From Hydrolagus colliei (lineage: Eukaryota), in assembly GCA_035084275.1 (NCBI GenBank), contig CM068748.1:10850001-10914000 (forward strand): a stretch of DNA of 64,000 nucleotides, given 5' to 3'. Below, one piece after another: positions 53,371 to 64,000 of this stretch (its first letter is position 1; each line of letters starts with the position of its first letter). The translations under genes were made by a program, and so were the position numbers. Below the pieces are notes generated by a model that did not search any database, had not been told where the DNA came from, and saw only the letters and a program-made list of their open reading frames with translations.

Positions 53371-53858
53371 TCATCATCATCAGTACGAAGTAGCAATATA
53401 TTCTGTTATACTGAACAATTCTATCCCACATACTGAACAGTGGAGTTGCGCAAGGACTAACTAGCAGCCTAATTTTGTTGCCAATAAAGAAAAACACTGT
53501 TTTGACACTGTTTATGAAATGTACAATCTAACAATGAATGGTGGTTTCCTTTCAAGACAATTCTATAATTCGAGATGACAACATTGCACTTTACATTATG
53601 TTGATTCTTTTAATCAGTATCCATAGTTTAATTTAAGTAAATGATTAATTTAAGAGAAAGCGTAGTTCAAATTACATTAATGAAGCGATTCTGAAAATGT
53701 TTCTCTGGATATTATACTTGTTGAACATATTTGGCTTTTTCTGAATTCCTAAAGTAATATTCCATGCTTTTTGATTTGTTTTTGGCCCCAATTTGGCTGG
53801 CTGTACAAACAGTTAAACAATACATATGCTTTATTTAACTTAATTCTGTTTTTATTGT

Positions 53859-54564
53859 GGAGTCCTGTAGCTAACAACAACAACAATTTACATTTATATA
53901 GCGCCTTTCACGTCGGGAGGACGTCCCAAGGCGCTAAACAAGAGGCGTGTGACCCGAGCTGGGAGGGGAGTGTTTGGGAAGGGGTGAAACACGAAGGGGA
54001 GGTAAAAGAGTTCGGGGTGGAACAAAAGGCACGATCGAAGAGGAAAGTCTTCAAATCGGCCTTGAAAGAGGAAAGGGAAGAGGCGAAACGGAGGGATTGA
54101 GGGATGGCATTCCATAAGGTGGGAGCGGAGAAACTGAAGGCCCGGCCTCCGATGGTGGGGCGGTTTGGGCGGGGGGCTTGGAGCAGGCCAAGTCCTGTTG
54201 AACGGAGGGTCCGGGTGGGCGTGTAGGGGGAGAGTAGCTCAGTGGTTAGAGCATTCGTCTCGCAAGTGAGAGACGTGGGTTCGATTCCTGGGTAGAGCAA
54301 AACGCTGGGCAAGTTTCCTTACTCCACTCTTCTGTTTACCTATCAGTAAGTAGGAATTTGGTTGTTGGTTGATTGGCGGATTGCTTTTTCCGGGAGTAAT
54401 AATTCCTTTAAAAAATGTTCATTAAACCCTTGTGGGACACTGCAATTGGCTGCCGCATTTTGCCCCACAAATACAGTCAATTCACTTTACAGTATACTCT
54501 GAAGTGCTTTGGGATACCTTGAAGATGGGATTCGGCGCTATATCAAATGCAAGGATTATTATTA
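53859..54564 (+). mobile_element. Younger tRNA-headed SINE split by an L2 insertion
   Basis: ggagtcctGTAGCT (53859-53872) ... GTAGCTcagtggttagagc (54234 onward), gggttcgattcc B box, full body and tail. Confidence 0.92.
53873..54233 (-). mobile_element. Young 5'-truncated L2 LINE (361 bp) with 6-bp TSD GTAGCT
   Basis: Uninterrupted SPYTPTRTLRSTGLGLLQAPRPNRPTIGGRAFSFSAPTLWNAIPQSLR...LKTFLFDRAF; (caa)n tail; TSD at 53867-53872 and 54234-54239. Confidence 0.93.
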
Positions 54565-54618
54565 CTCTTGGTATACATACAATGTTAAGAGCGACCTAAT
54601 CATTCTAAACACATCTGC

Positions 54619-54665
54619 TTTTTATACTTTAACTTCTGTTGATGACAGAAGTTAAAGTATAAAAA
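54619..54665. repeat. Perfect 21-bp inverted repeat with 5-nt loop
   Basis: TTTTTATACTTTAACTTCTGT-tgatg-ACAGAAGTTAAAGTATAAAAA. Confidence 0.95.
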
Positions 54666-54880
54666 CTTTGGTGACGGGACAAAAAGATGGTGGTTAAAGC
54701 CATGTTGCCTTTGGTATTCATCTGATAGTTTTCTTTTGAATAAAGAAGCAATTCATTGATGCATAAGGGGTGAGAATTATTGTGAAATAAGTGATGATAC
54801 CCAGGTTTAATAATGACAGTATTAAACTGCATGGTTCTCGAATTGGTTCAAATGTTTATTGGAATCCTTATCACACTTAA

Positions 54881-55182
54881 GGTGGCAAGTGGGGTAAAAA
54901 AAAATTGTTTTCATGTCAAAGTGTACTTTGAACTATATACTTTCAGAAATAAACTGTTTTGATTGGTGAAATAAACTTATTTCCAAAGAAATATAGGGAA
55001 TGTGACATATGAAATAAGGACTTTTGGTTTATTTTATTGTTGAATTCTTATTCTTTACCCTATATTTCTTTGAAAATAAGTTTATTTCACCAATCAAAAC
55101 AGTTTATTTCTGAAAGTATATAGTTCAAAGTACACTTTGACATGAAAACAATTTTTTAAAATTTTTTACTCCACTTGCCACC
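54881..55182. mobile_element. TTAA-flanked long-TIR MITE (302 bp), probably Kolobok superfamily
   Basis: TTAA|GGTGGCAAGTGG...CCACTTGCCACC|TTAA; arms 54881-54998 and 55058-55182 are reverse complements with 2 substitutions and one 7-nt indel; GG (RR) termini fit Kolobok rather than piggyBac (CC). Confidence 0.85.
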
Positions 55183-55374
55183 TTAAGAGTGGAGTGACAT
55201 CAGAGTATTTGGCAACAGAGTATTTAACACTTGATTTGCTGAAATCCAAGGTCAAATTTTTAAAGAAATCCATATTTGCCAATTCAGTCAAATGAATTAT
55301 GAATAAGCAGGAGTTAGAAAGCATTGCTAATCATCCTTTGAGTGCTATATGTCCTCTTTCTATGCAAAGGAAAC

Positions 55375-55835
55375 AGAGGTTTGGAGAAGAGCTACAAGAA
55401 TGACATTAAGTGAAGAACAAATGCTAAGTGAGCTAAGCTTTCTCATTTGTAAAAGACTAACAAAATCCAAGTTTATAAATGCCTCTCTCCATTACAGTTA
55501 CATTTTCACAAAGTGGAGTGGATAAGCAGAAGTTCTTTCTGCTGAAAAGATGACATGATTTTAACTTGATTTAAATGTAACAGAAGGATGAACTACTTCA
55601 GATTTGTTTAATAAAGGAAATAGCTTGTCGCCCACCATGGAGAAAGTGGATTGAGGTGAATTATTCAAAAGATGAATGAGGACAGATTATATTCTGGAAT
55701 CAGCATGGAATTCTGCTCATCGGTTTGAGGCAAGGAAAACAAGAGATTAAGGTAGTCCGAGAAAGTCCACTAGTTAGGCGGAACCTAGATTCCTAAATGA
55801 CCTTTTTCTTGTTTTCACCTTATTAGATTTGTGTT
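55375..55835 (+). mobile_element. Very degraded CR1 3' region
   Basis: ggagaagagctacaagaatga (RRATRM) ... aaatgacctttttcttgtt terminus. Confidence 0.45.
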
Positions 55836-57730
55836 TATTTAAACTACAAAGGAGGGTAACATTTTTGAAGTCATGCATTCCTGCTACTATAATGCTCATT
55901 CTGCATTGCTACACAGAGGTAGAATTATCAGAAAAACATACTATTTTCCCAGGATCGTTTTGCCAGCAGCAAATGAATAATATATATACACTTCAGTAAT
56001 TCTGGTGAATAACTTTGTATTTATTAAATGAGTGTTTGAAATTCTCTCAGTTTTATTCACAGTAATTCTCTCAGGAACTTGACAACATCATTATTAATTA
56101 AACTTACAAGGTAGCCGTTATAGTTTCTTCAGAATCAGCTGTTAAATAAGTATAATTTGATTCCTTTTGCTAGTATTGAACTCCTTCATATCTGTGATTG
56201 TGACTAGAGCTTTCTGCAAGGACTTTGTACAGTTCATTTATGCTGCTACTTCTTCCATTGTTGCAATACTATTAATGTTAAGCATAACATTTAACTTCTG
56301 ACTCTTAACTTTATCTTTGATTTGAATTTCTGAATGTGCTATACCGGCAGCATTGTGAGTGCTTCAAAATCATTCACGCAGAGCCGAACCCTTTATAATA
56401 GCACAAGCTATAGCAATAATCTGTCAGACAGAAGTTGGAAGGAAATCAAGTTCGCAGCAAGGTGCTGACTCACACAACTTATCCCTTTCATAATTACTTT
56501 GCAACTACACATGTAGGGAATATGTACCAATGCCGAAATGAAAAAAAAATTACCAATTCAAATAGAGCGGATGAAACCCGGGCACAGCACTTTCTGACAG
56601 TTGAATATTCATACATGTCAGCTGGAATAGAGATAATGTGCTAGAGAATGATGCTGTGAGCCGAGGGCTTTCATTTCTTCTGATGTTGCCCATCCATCAG
56701 TTGTTTGTACTCCTCTTCATTCTCTATCTCTGACAAATTTGAAAAAAAGTGAATAAATATTTCCTTTTTTATATAAGAAAATGAGAGTCAGCTTGTGGCA
56801 ATCTCCGAGTTAGAAACAATGGACTGTAATTAAGAGGAAGCAATTAACAACACCGATTAATAAAAGTCATTTTGTGTGCGGAAAAGATTAATGTTCTAGT
56901 CATTCTGCTATGATCTGTACATTATTAAACTTAAAAGCTTCAGGGACGAGCCTATTGAGGCAATTTGTAAAGCAAGTATGAAGCTGCAAGGTCAGGGGAA
57001 TGAAAGAAAGGGTTAATAATAAAAATAATCAGCAAAAACATGGACCTGTGTGCAGCATTACAAGGAGGATCAACAGAAAATAGTAACATCTGTGGGATAC
57101 TGAAGCAAAGAGTATGTTGGTTAACTTCTTCATTTCATTATATTGTATATTCTCATTCATCACCCACTTTCTATATAAGTACAGATTAGAACATTAGATC
57201 AGTTATACAGATATGACATTCCCTTGCCGCATCCATTGAAGTATATCTTAATCCCTCTTCTGGTCAACCTCCATGGTGCAGTATAGACAATGACAATGTT
57301 ATCTATAATTGTCTGGCATGACACCTAATGACAGCAAAAAACAGACAGAATCCAACTGTTTAAGATAATGATTTTCAACCACTCAAACTTTGTCTCATCA
57401 TTTGTCACATTATCCCAACTCTTTGATATACTTGTGCCTTGTATCAGTTGCCAGCAGATATGTATTTTGTCCATCACAGATACTGTTGGCACTCTTCCTT
57501 GAGACCGACATAACAAATCTCTGTTCGTAACCACCATATACTTAAAACAGCACACAATAATTAATTCTAACAATGATGCACACACACATTCAAATATCTA
57601 AAACTAAGCTAATTGTCAAGTATGTGATAAACCGTTTTTCAATGGAAGGTGACTACAATTGTTTGCAATCAAGTTATGCTGCCAGTCATCATTAAATAAT
57701 ATTTATTAACCATCTTGAAATTCCTTGCAG

Positions 57731-57926
57731 GTCCTTCCAAGACCTGGCAAAACAATCTGAGTTATTGTATGGTACAGTAAAAGACTCATCCGTCTACGAG
57801 TACTTTCAAGCCAAGGGAACAAACCCGTTGGAACAGGATGGCACTTATGCTGAACTCTGGAGAACTATCAGCAAAAACAACGGAATGGAAAACTGTGTAT
57901 CCAGTGCCCCTGAAGGAATTAAGAAG
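57731..57926 (+). CDS. GRID1: GRID1 exon 13 (LBD S2): [65 protein letters not shown]
   Basis: ttccttgcag acceptor, AAG/gtattc donor; 196 nt; phase 2/0. Confidence 0.97.
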
Positions 57927-58884
57927 GTATTCACTTACTTTAAAGGAAAATCAACCAAGGTCTTTTTAAAAAGAAAAATAACAGTGGCTTCAAGAAATCA
58001 ATCTGGGACCTTATTTTTAATTTGTAAGCACAGGGGTAATGGCAATTGATCCTATGAGAAAAAAACAGATTAATATCACAACTTGAAACTTCAAATGACA
58101 TGCACCTTGGTTTTTGTGACTAATTGAAACAAGAATGCTAAAATGCCAAGTAATCCTGTTGATGATTTATCACACAAACCTGCCTGTGATACAACATCAA
58201 AGTTTGTGTGATTGAGGTTAAAGTGCTAAAACAAGTCAACAACAGATGAGTTTGCAATTGTATACCTCCATCCAAATAGATCTGTGTCTTTGATTTTTGT
58301 GTGGCTTCCTAGAGCACAAGTGGTGATTGGTACCATCTAGTATATGTTAGAGTTAGGAGAGCCTGTAGTACTGTACTTCTAAACATGGTTTATGACAGAT
58401 CAGTCAGTCTGCCTCATCAGTAGGCCATAGAGGGGTAGACCAGTCACTGAGGCCAGGGTAACTCCATATGAACAGCCCAATGAGTAGGGTTGACCTCGCT
58501 GGGTAAGTACTGGGAATGTAGAGAAGATAGTGCTAATAAATTCCTCAATAGATTTTAATACAATTTATTAACACTTAACCATCTTACATTTCATAGTTTA
58601 CCTCAGAATTATGTATAGCCCAAAGTTCTAAAGTTCTGCTTATTCCATTTAATAAAGGAAGAGCACTTTTGAATGGCATAAAAGTAATTGCTAAATGGTC
58701 AGTTCTTCCCCAGGAGATTCTTTTCTCTCGCTAATCCATCATTGTTAAAAGAATGTTAAAAGAATGTAAATGTCACATTAAATACAAGAATAAAACATTT
58801 GGGATTTCAATAGCCATGAGTTAAAAGCCAAAATGAGATTGGAAGAACTTCGGAGTCTCGTTTTTCAGCAGTTCCAATAATATG

Positions 58885-59015
58885 ATAATAATAATAAGCA
58901 TTGCATTTGATATAGTGCTCTTCACATCTTCTAGATGTCTCAAAGCGGTTCACAGAATATACTGTAAATTGAATTTACTTTATTTGTGGGCGAAATGCAT
59001 CAGCCAATCTCACAC
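58885..59015 (-). mobile_element. SINE 3' fragment
   Basis: ataataataataagcattgcatttgatatagtgc...ctagatgtctcaaagcggttcacagaatatactgtaaa...cagccaat. Confidence 0.85.
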
Positions 59016-59772
59016 TCATAAACAATTAATTTAATATAAATTAATGTTAAATTATAGCTAACTTTTTCTCAGTTGGTACTGTAATTAGCCTCACAAGGTT
59101 TTTCCAGTTACTTGTGGTGTTCCTACTGCCAAGTTTGCTAGAAATGGTATTGTTATGCTTTTACAAACAACTCTGCATATGACATGGTACATGACACCAA
59201 CCCCAAAGCAGTGGGAATTCACAGAACATTAGAAAGTTGATTTATATCTTCCACAAGCCTTTTATTCCAGTTAAATTCTTTATTGCAGTATCCAATATAT
59301 CTAGTATATCCTTCCTCAGATTAGGATGCCAAAGCTTCAGTTTGAATCCTGAAATTGGGGTATTAATTCTTTGAATTATGTTTTTAAATAAATGCCAGCA
59401 ATTCAAAATGATCTAATTAAACACTGGAGATTCAGTGTGAACTTTGTTCATGTTAAAAATAATTGCATTAGTCCCTTTGAACAACATTAATTTAGAAGAC
59501 TTTGCTTGATAAATTTGCAGCCTATTTACAGCCACCAGTAGAAAACAAGAAAGGTAATTTGACAGAATTAGAGAACCTAAATTTTGAAACAATCATTAAG
59601 AATTTAAAGATATTAATTTCCCTGCAATTAAAGATTTCTAAATCCCCATCTGGAAGATTGTCAGGTACAAATTGGTACAATGTATTAAAAGCTAATGATA
59701 CACTTTTTTTCTCCACGCTGCCAGAAACTGATGCATTAATAATTGTCTTCATATTCTTTCTTGTCTATGTAG

Positions 59773-59939
59773 GCAAAGAATGGGAATTATGCGTTCCTGT
59801 GGGATATGTCTGTAGTGGAATATGCTGCTCTGACTGATGATGATTGTTCAATGACGGTTGTTGGGAATAGTGTAAGCAGTAAAGGATATGGCATTGCCCT
59901 GCAACATGGAAGTCCCTATAGGGATCTCTTCTCGCAGAG
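59773..59939 (+). CDS. GRID1: GRID1 exon 14 (LBD S2): [55 protein letters not shown](R)
   Basis: ctatgtag acceptor, AG/gtatgc donor; 167 nt; phase 0/2; YAFLWD and GYGIA motifs. Confidence 0.98.
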
Positions 59940-62138
59940 GTATGCATTTTCCTCTAATTTCCTGATTGCTTTTAAAATGATGTTCTAAAAATAATTGATG
60001 TCTTATTGATCAGTTCATATACATGTATATTTTGTGCTAAATACACTGGAGTAAAGTTATGTAGAATATAATAATTTGGAGAGAATGACAGTAAAAGCTC
60101 AAGGCTCTTTGATGGTAACATATATTCACACCCATGCATTCTCTGCCATCTCAGATACTGGCTACAAACGTGAGGGAGGTGCACTCAAACCAATAAAGGT
60201 TCAGAGATGTTTCCAAGTCAGGCCAATCTATCTGGATATAGCAAGGAGACATGAGTCTTTTAGTACTGATGTGTTTGACAAAGCTGGGTGATTCTCCAAC
60301 TCATCTTCGAAAGCATATCTACCATTATTTTTAATGCTTAGCAGTGATTTGGGAGAGAGATAATATGATGGAGGAAAAATAGGGTTTGTTCTTGCCCTGC
60401 ATCTGTGTGAAATGTGCAAAAGTGTCTATTAGTGCTAGATTGTACCACATTGACATTAGCAGCTGGTGTCTGCAAATATTGCAGAGATTTAACAAATATT
60501 TATATTTGAAATATCCTATAAACAAGTGTCATGCTACAGCAGTTGTACAAATAAAATCAGCAAGCATGAAATGTAAACGTTTGATAGAAAATTAATATTG
60601 AATCGTGGACAGAATTATTTTTGAAGTAGTCCACCTAAAAAGCCTCTCCCTGGCAGTGCATTAACGATAATCTTTACAATTGATATAGCACCTTTCACAT
60701 TTGGAAAGCATCTCAAAGCAATTCAGAGGATTTACTGTAAAGTGATTTTGTAGGCGATATTCATGTTTGTATATCTGTTTATATACATCAGTTTGTGCAT
60801 ACCTTCCATTGATGTTTGGATGATTATATCAGTATGCATAGTTTAGATGTATGCATACACTGTAAAATCTATAAAATCACCCTTTGATCCTGTAAATTAA
60901 GTATATTAAGAATGTTAAGTTTTAAAATAAGAATGAGATCTGAGCCTTGGGTGTGAACAATAGTGAAGTTAAATAACATTGGTTTCTGCATCATTTGATA
61001 ATATATAGATAATGGGAATTCATATTCCGCAAGGTTTGAAAAAAAATGTGGAGAATATTTCAGAATGTATTATCAATCAGTTGGAACTTTGAAGAAACAT
61101 CCAGAGCTGGAGATGGCATTTTCATAAAGCTTAAGCTTATTTAAGCAACACATTTACTTTTGAGACAATGGAAGCTGCCTTTGCCAGATAAATCATCCAA
61201 TTCTACAGAAGTATGATCATTTTATTCTAGCTTCATTGTCCAATTATGGAATTTATTGCTTTTAAAACATACACTTTGTAAAATACATCGCCAGAAAGAA
61301 ACAACCGGCAAAAGAAAACAAACAGCCAAATAAGTTAAGATTGAGGCTTTTATGTGATCTTTACCCATGTAGTCTGTGAGATTCTATATCACTGTCATAT
61401 GCAGATAAATTGAATTAACTGCAAGATAAGAAAAAGCACCATTAATTTTCAGAGGACATTAATATCAAATAACACAGTAAACAGAGCATTGGTATGCTTC
61501 CAAACAGTAGCTGCAATCACACAGCAGTGATAATCACACCTGTACTTGCAACATCATAGTGTGCAATAGTAGTTCTGAACAATGGAATATATTCACTCTG
61601 GACACCCAATGGCAACTACAAGCACTCTGAGATTAGGTAGAATGGCCAAAGGCAGAGTAAATGCCTCTACATTCTGTTCCAAAAAGTTCTCAACACCCAA
61701 CCTTTGAAGACAATGGTACAAAGGCAAATTATTTGGTAATGGAGCAGAGTGTGCTTATTAAAAGTTGTATAAGCACAATTCTGTTTACCAATTCAGAGTA
61801 GTAAATAAAAGCAGTATGACAATATTTACAGCCCCATACCCCACCCCCACTCACTGAAATCAATTTGCTTAGCATAGAGGCTGTGGCATACATGTAGCCT
61901 CTGAATATAATGACTAAAGCTGAACCAGTGGCACCCTAAACTACTAGGCAATTGGGGAACAATGAGAAAATCAGGTTTCTAAAGGCCAGGTTATAGTCTT
62001 CTCTGTGCACCATATCGCATTTTATGATGTGGGATTGGTTTCAGTGGAACATGTCAAATGCCTAGTCTAATTTGATTAGCGCCATTCCTGCTGTAAATTG
62101 TATTTATAATAATGACTTTTCCATCTGTTGAATTTCAG

Positions 62139-62379
62139 GATCTTGGAGCTACAGGGAAGTGGAGACCTGGATGTGTTCAAGCAGAAATGGTGGCCAAAGA
62201 TGGGCAGATGTAACTTGCATAGCCACACTAATGCCCAGCCTGATGGACGGGCTTTGAAATTACAGAGTTTTGCAGGCGTTTTCTGCATCCTGGCAGCAGG
62301 ACTTCTCCTCGCCTGCCTTGTGGCAGCCTTAGAAATCTGGTGGAACAGCAATAGATGCCGTCAAGAAACACCAAAGGAG
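62139..62379 (+). CDS. GRID1: GRID1 exon 15 (end of S2, M4, proximal CTD): [24 protein letters not shown]...[37 protein letters not shown]
   Basis: aatttcag acceptor, GAG/gtgcag donor; 241 nt; phase 2/0. Confidence 0.97.
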
Positions 62380-62649
62380 GTGCAGTACAACTTTTTTCCA
62401 ATGTTTCTAGTGAGGATTGGGTGTCTCTTGTGTTTTGGAGGGGGGCATGTATGTGTAAGGAAGCAAGGTGGAAATGGTTATAAAACTACTGTTATACCCG
62501 AGTTTATAACAAAGAGTACAAGAATACATCTCTGTTTCTAGTGAGGATAACATTTTTTCAGTTTTTTTTACTATCTAATTAATAGTTGAACTGAACTGTT
62601 AACCATTGGGTTAAATCTTTTAATTATTTAGGTTTATGTGTGTTCTCTA

Positions 62650-63130
62650 GATAAGGTACTGGAAAGTCAGGGATATGGACCCATGTGGGGATTGTGGGAA
62701 GGTGGGGCAGGGGGTTGAGATCAGGAAGTTGGGATCAGACAGGGTAGAAGCTGGCGAGATGTGCCTTGAAGGAGGCGAGGGAGCGAGGAGAACTGACTGT
62801 GAGATAGAGTTCCAAAGGATCGAGGCAAAGAGGCTGAACTGCCTGGACGGGGCTGTGGATGAGCTGGAGTGTGCTGAGTGGCACACTCAGGAGGTGTAAG
62901 TGGAGGGAGCGGATAGGTTAATATGGTGTTAGCAGGTCACAGCAAAGAAAGGAGTACGGCAAGAATAAAGATTTCAAACTATTTTCTGGGGTATGGGGAG
63001 ACAGTGGAGCCAGATGAGTGCGGGGGTGGGGGGTGATAGGATCGCAGAGCCTGGTGCGGGAGAGGACATGAACTGCAGAATTCTGGATGATCTGTATCTT
63101 GTGGAGGGAAGAGTTGGCCGACAGGCAGGG
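62650..63130 (-). mobile_element. Older L2 LINE fragment
   Basis: FSLFASILWNSISQSVLLAPSPPS; + strand gcagaattctggatgatctg...gtggagggaagagttgg is the reverse complement of NSSLH..QIIQNSA. Confidence 0.8.
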
Positions 63131-64000
63131 AGTTTGATTTAAGCAGTGAGATGCAGGGAAATGATAGAAGTGTATAAGATCATATATTTGAAACTTGTAG
63201 GAGGTTACAAAGCAGTAATAAGTAGACTTGTATCAATAAGAAACCAAAGGAAAAAAGGCGTCAGAGGTCAGAATTGAAGTAATGATCAACATTGAATGCC
63301 AAGCTTTTTCTTGTATTCTTTCTAGAATTAAACAAGAGCTGTTGAAAAACTTTATGTTTTGCAAATTTTAGAGTTAATAATAAGTAGAGGGGAAAATAAA
63401 TGTTTGGCAAAAATAGGAAATCAAACTATCTAGAAGCTGCTTTAGTGAATGGAGAGGATGTGAGATTTCACTTCAGGTCAGTGAAGATAAAAGAGTTGAG
63501 CCATCAAAGGTAAAGTCATAGTTGCAACTTGTGACAGACAAAAAAAGCCTCTGAAGATTTCAAATAGAGTCTTTTTTTTACACAAAATGAGTACTACACT
63601 AAGAGCAATATAGTTCAAAATGTGCAATATTGTTGCACTTTATTAAAAACATCTAATGGGGAGAATGTATTTTATTTATCTCCCAACTCTACCATTTAGA
63701 AAATGAAACAAAACCCACTAATACCCACTGCGAGAACAAACTTTCCTGAGCAAAATAAAGCTTTCTACTGTAGATTGTTCAAAATTAGCTGGGATGTTCT
63801 TGGAATTATGCCTGCCGAATGTAATGTATTTATCATTTGTTAAAGTACAAATAAAGAGCTTGCTACCTTACACACAAATTATCATCAAATAATTATCCTT
63901 ATGAGTATGGCACTTTATTATAATAGTTCTGTGGTGCAGTGGACTTCCATGATACAAACGCAAAATGCATTAAATGTTATGAGCAAACATCCAATATTAT

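Noticed and set aside
54234-54300. tRNA gene-like sequence (also at 10354, 17494, 30030, 34755)
   Set aside because: Each continues into the same SINE body and tail, so these are SINE heads rather than tRNA genes.
58385-58445. Hammerhead-ribozyme-like core on the minus strand (GGUC...CUGAUGA-GGCAGA/UCUGUC-AUAAACC)
   Set aside because: Stem II and a short stem III can be drawn, but the essential GAAA is replaced by AUAAA (no G12) and stem I has only 2 bp. At best a dead relic or chance.
62380-64000. Search for the terminal GRID1 exon (DKEVNLEQV...)
   Set aside because: No matching peptide or acceptor found; it must lie beyond the window. Exon 4 is likewise absent from 1-5126.

Overview
AT-rich vertebrate genomic DNA lying entirely inside one + strand gene, the delta-1 ionotropic glutamate receptor (GRID1/GluD1). 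Eleven consecutive coding exons (exons 5-15 by mammalian numbering, 5127-62379) have canonical AG/GT ends and matching phases. They splice into one stop-free frame of 1884 nt (628 codons) covering the distal ATD, LBD S1, M1-M2-M3 (SYTANLAAF), LBD S2, M4 and the start of the cytoplasmic tail. Exons 1-4 and the last exon lie outside the window. Introns contain many 5'-truncated L2 LINEs, CR1 fragments, two age classes of tRNA-headed Deu-type SINEs, two TA-flanked Tigger-like MITEs and one TTAA-flanked long-TIR MITE. This repeat mix and the compact introns suggest a cartilaginous fish, probably a chimaera (inference). Most ORFs in the supplied track are spurious or TE-derived. I found no clearly new biological system. 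The best leads are a GluN1-like Ala-to-Ser change in the agonist pocket, a near-perfect ~120-bp intronic fold-back MITE, two perfect short palindromes, an L2 inserted into a SINE A-box with a clean TSD, and a CpG/TF-motif-rich island in the intron between the pore exons. Exon, MITE and palindrome coordinates were counted base by base. Degraded repeat boundaries are approximate, and protein and repeat-family comparisons are from recall, not database searches.
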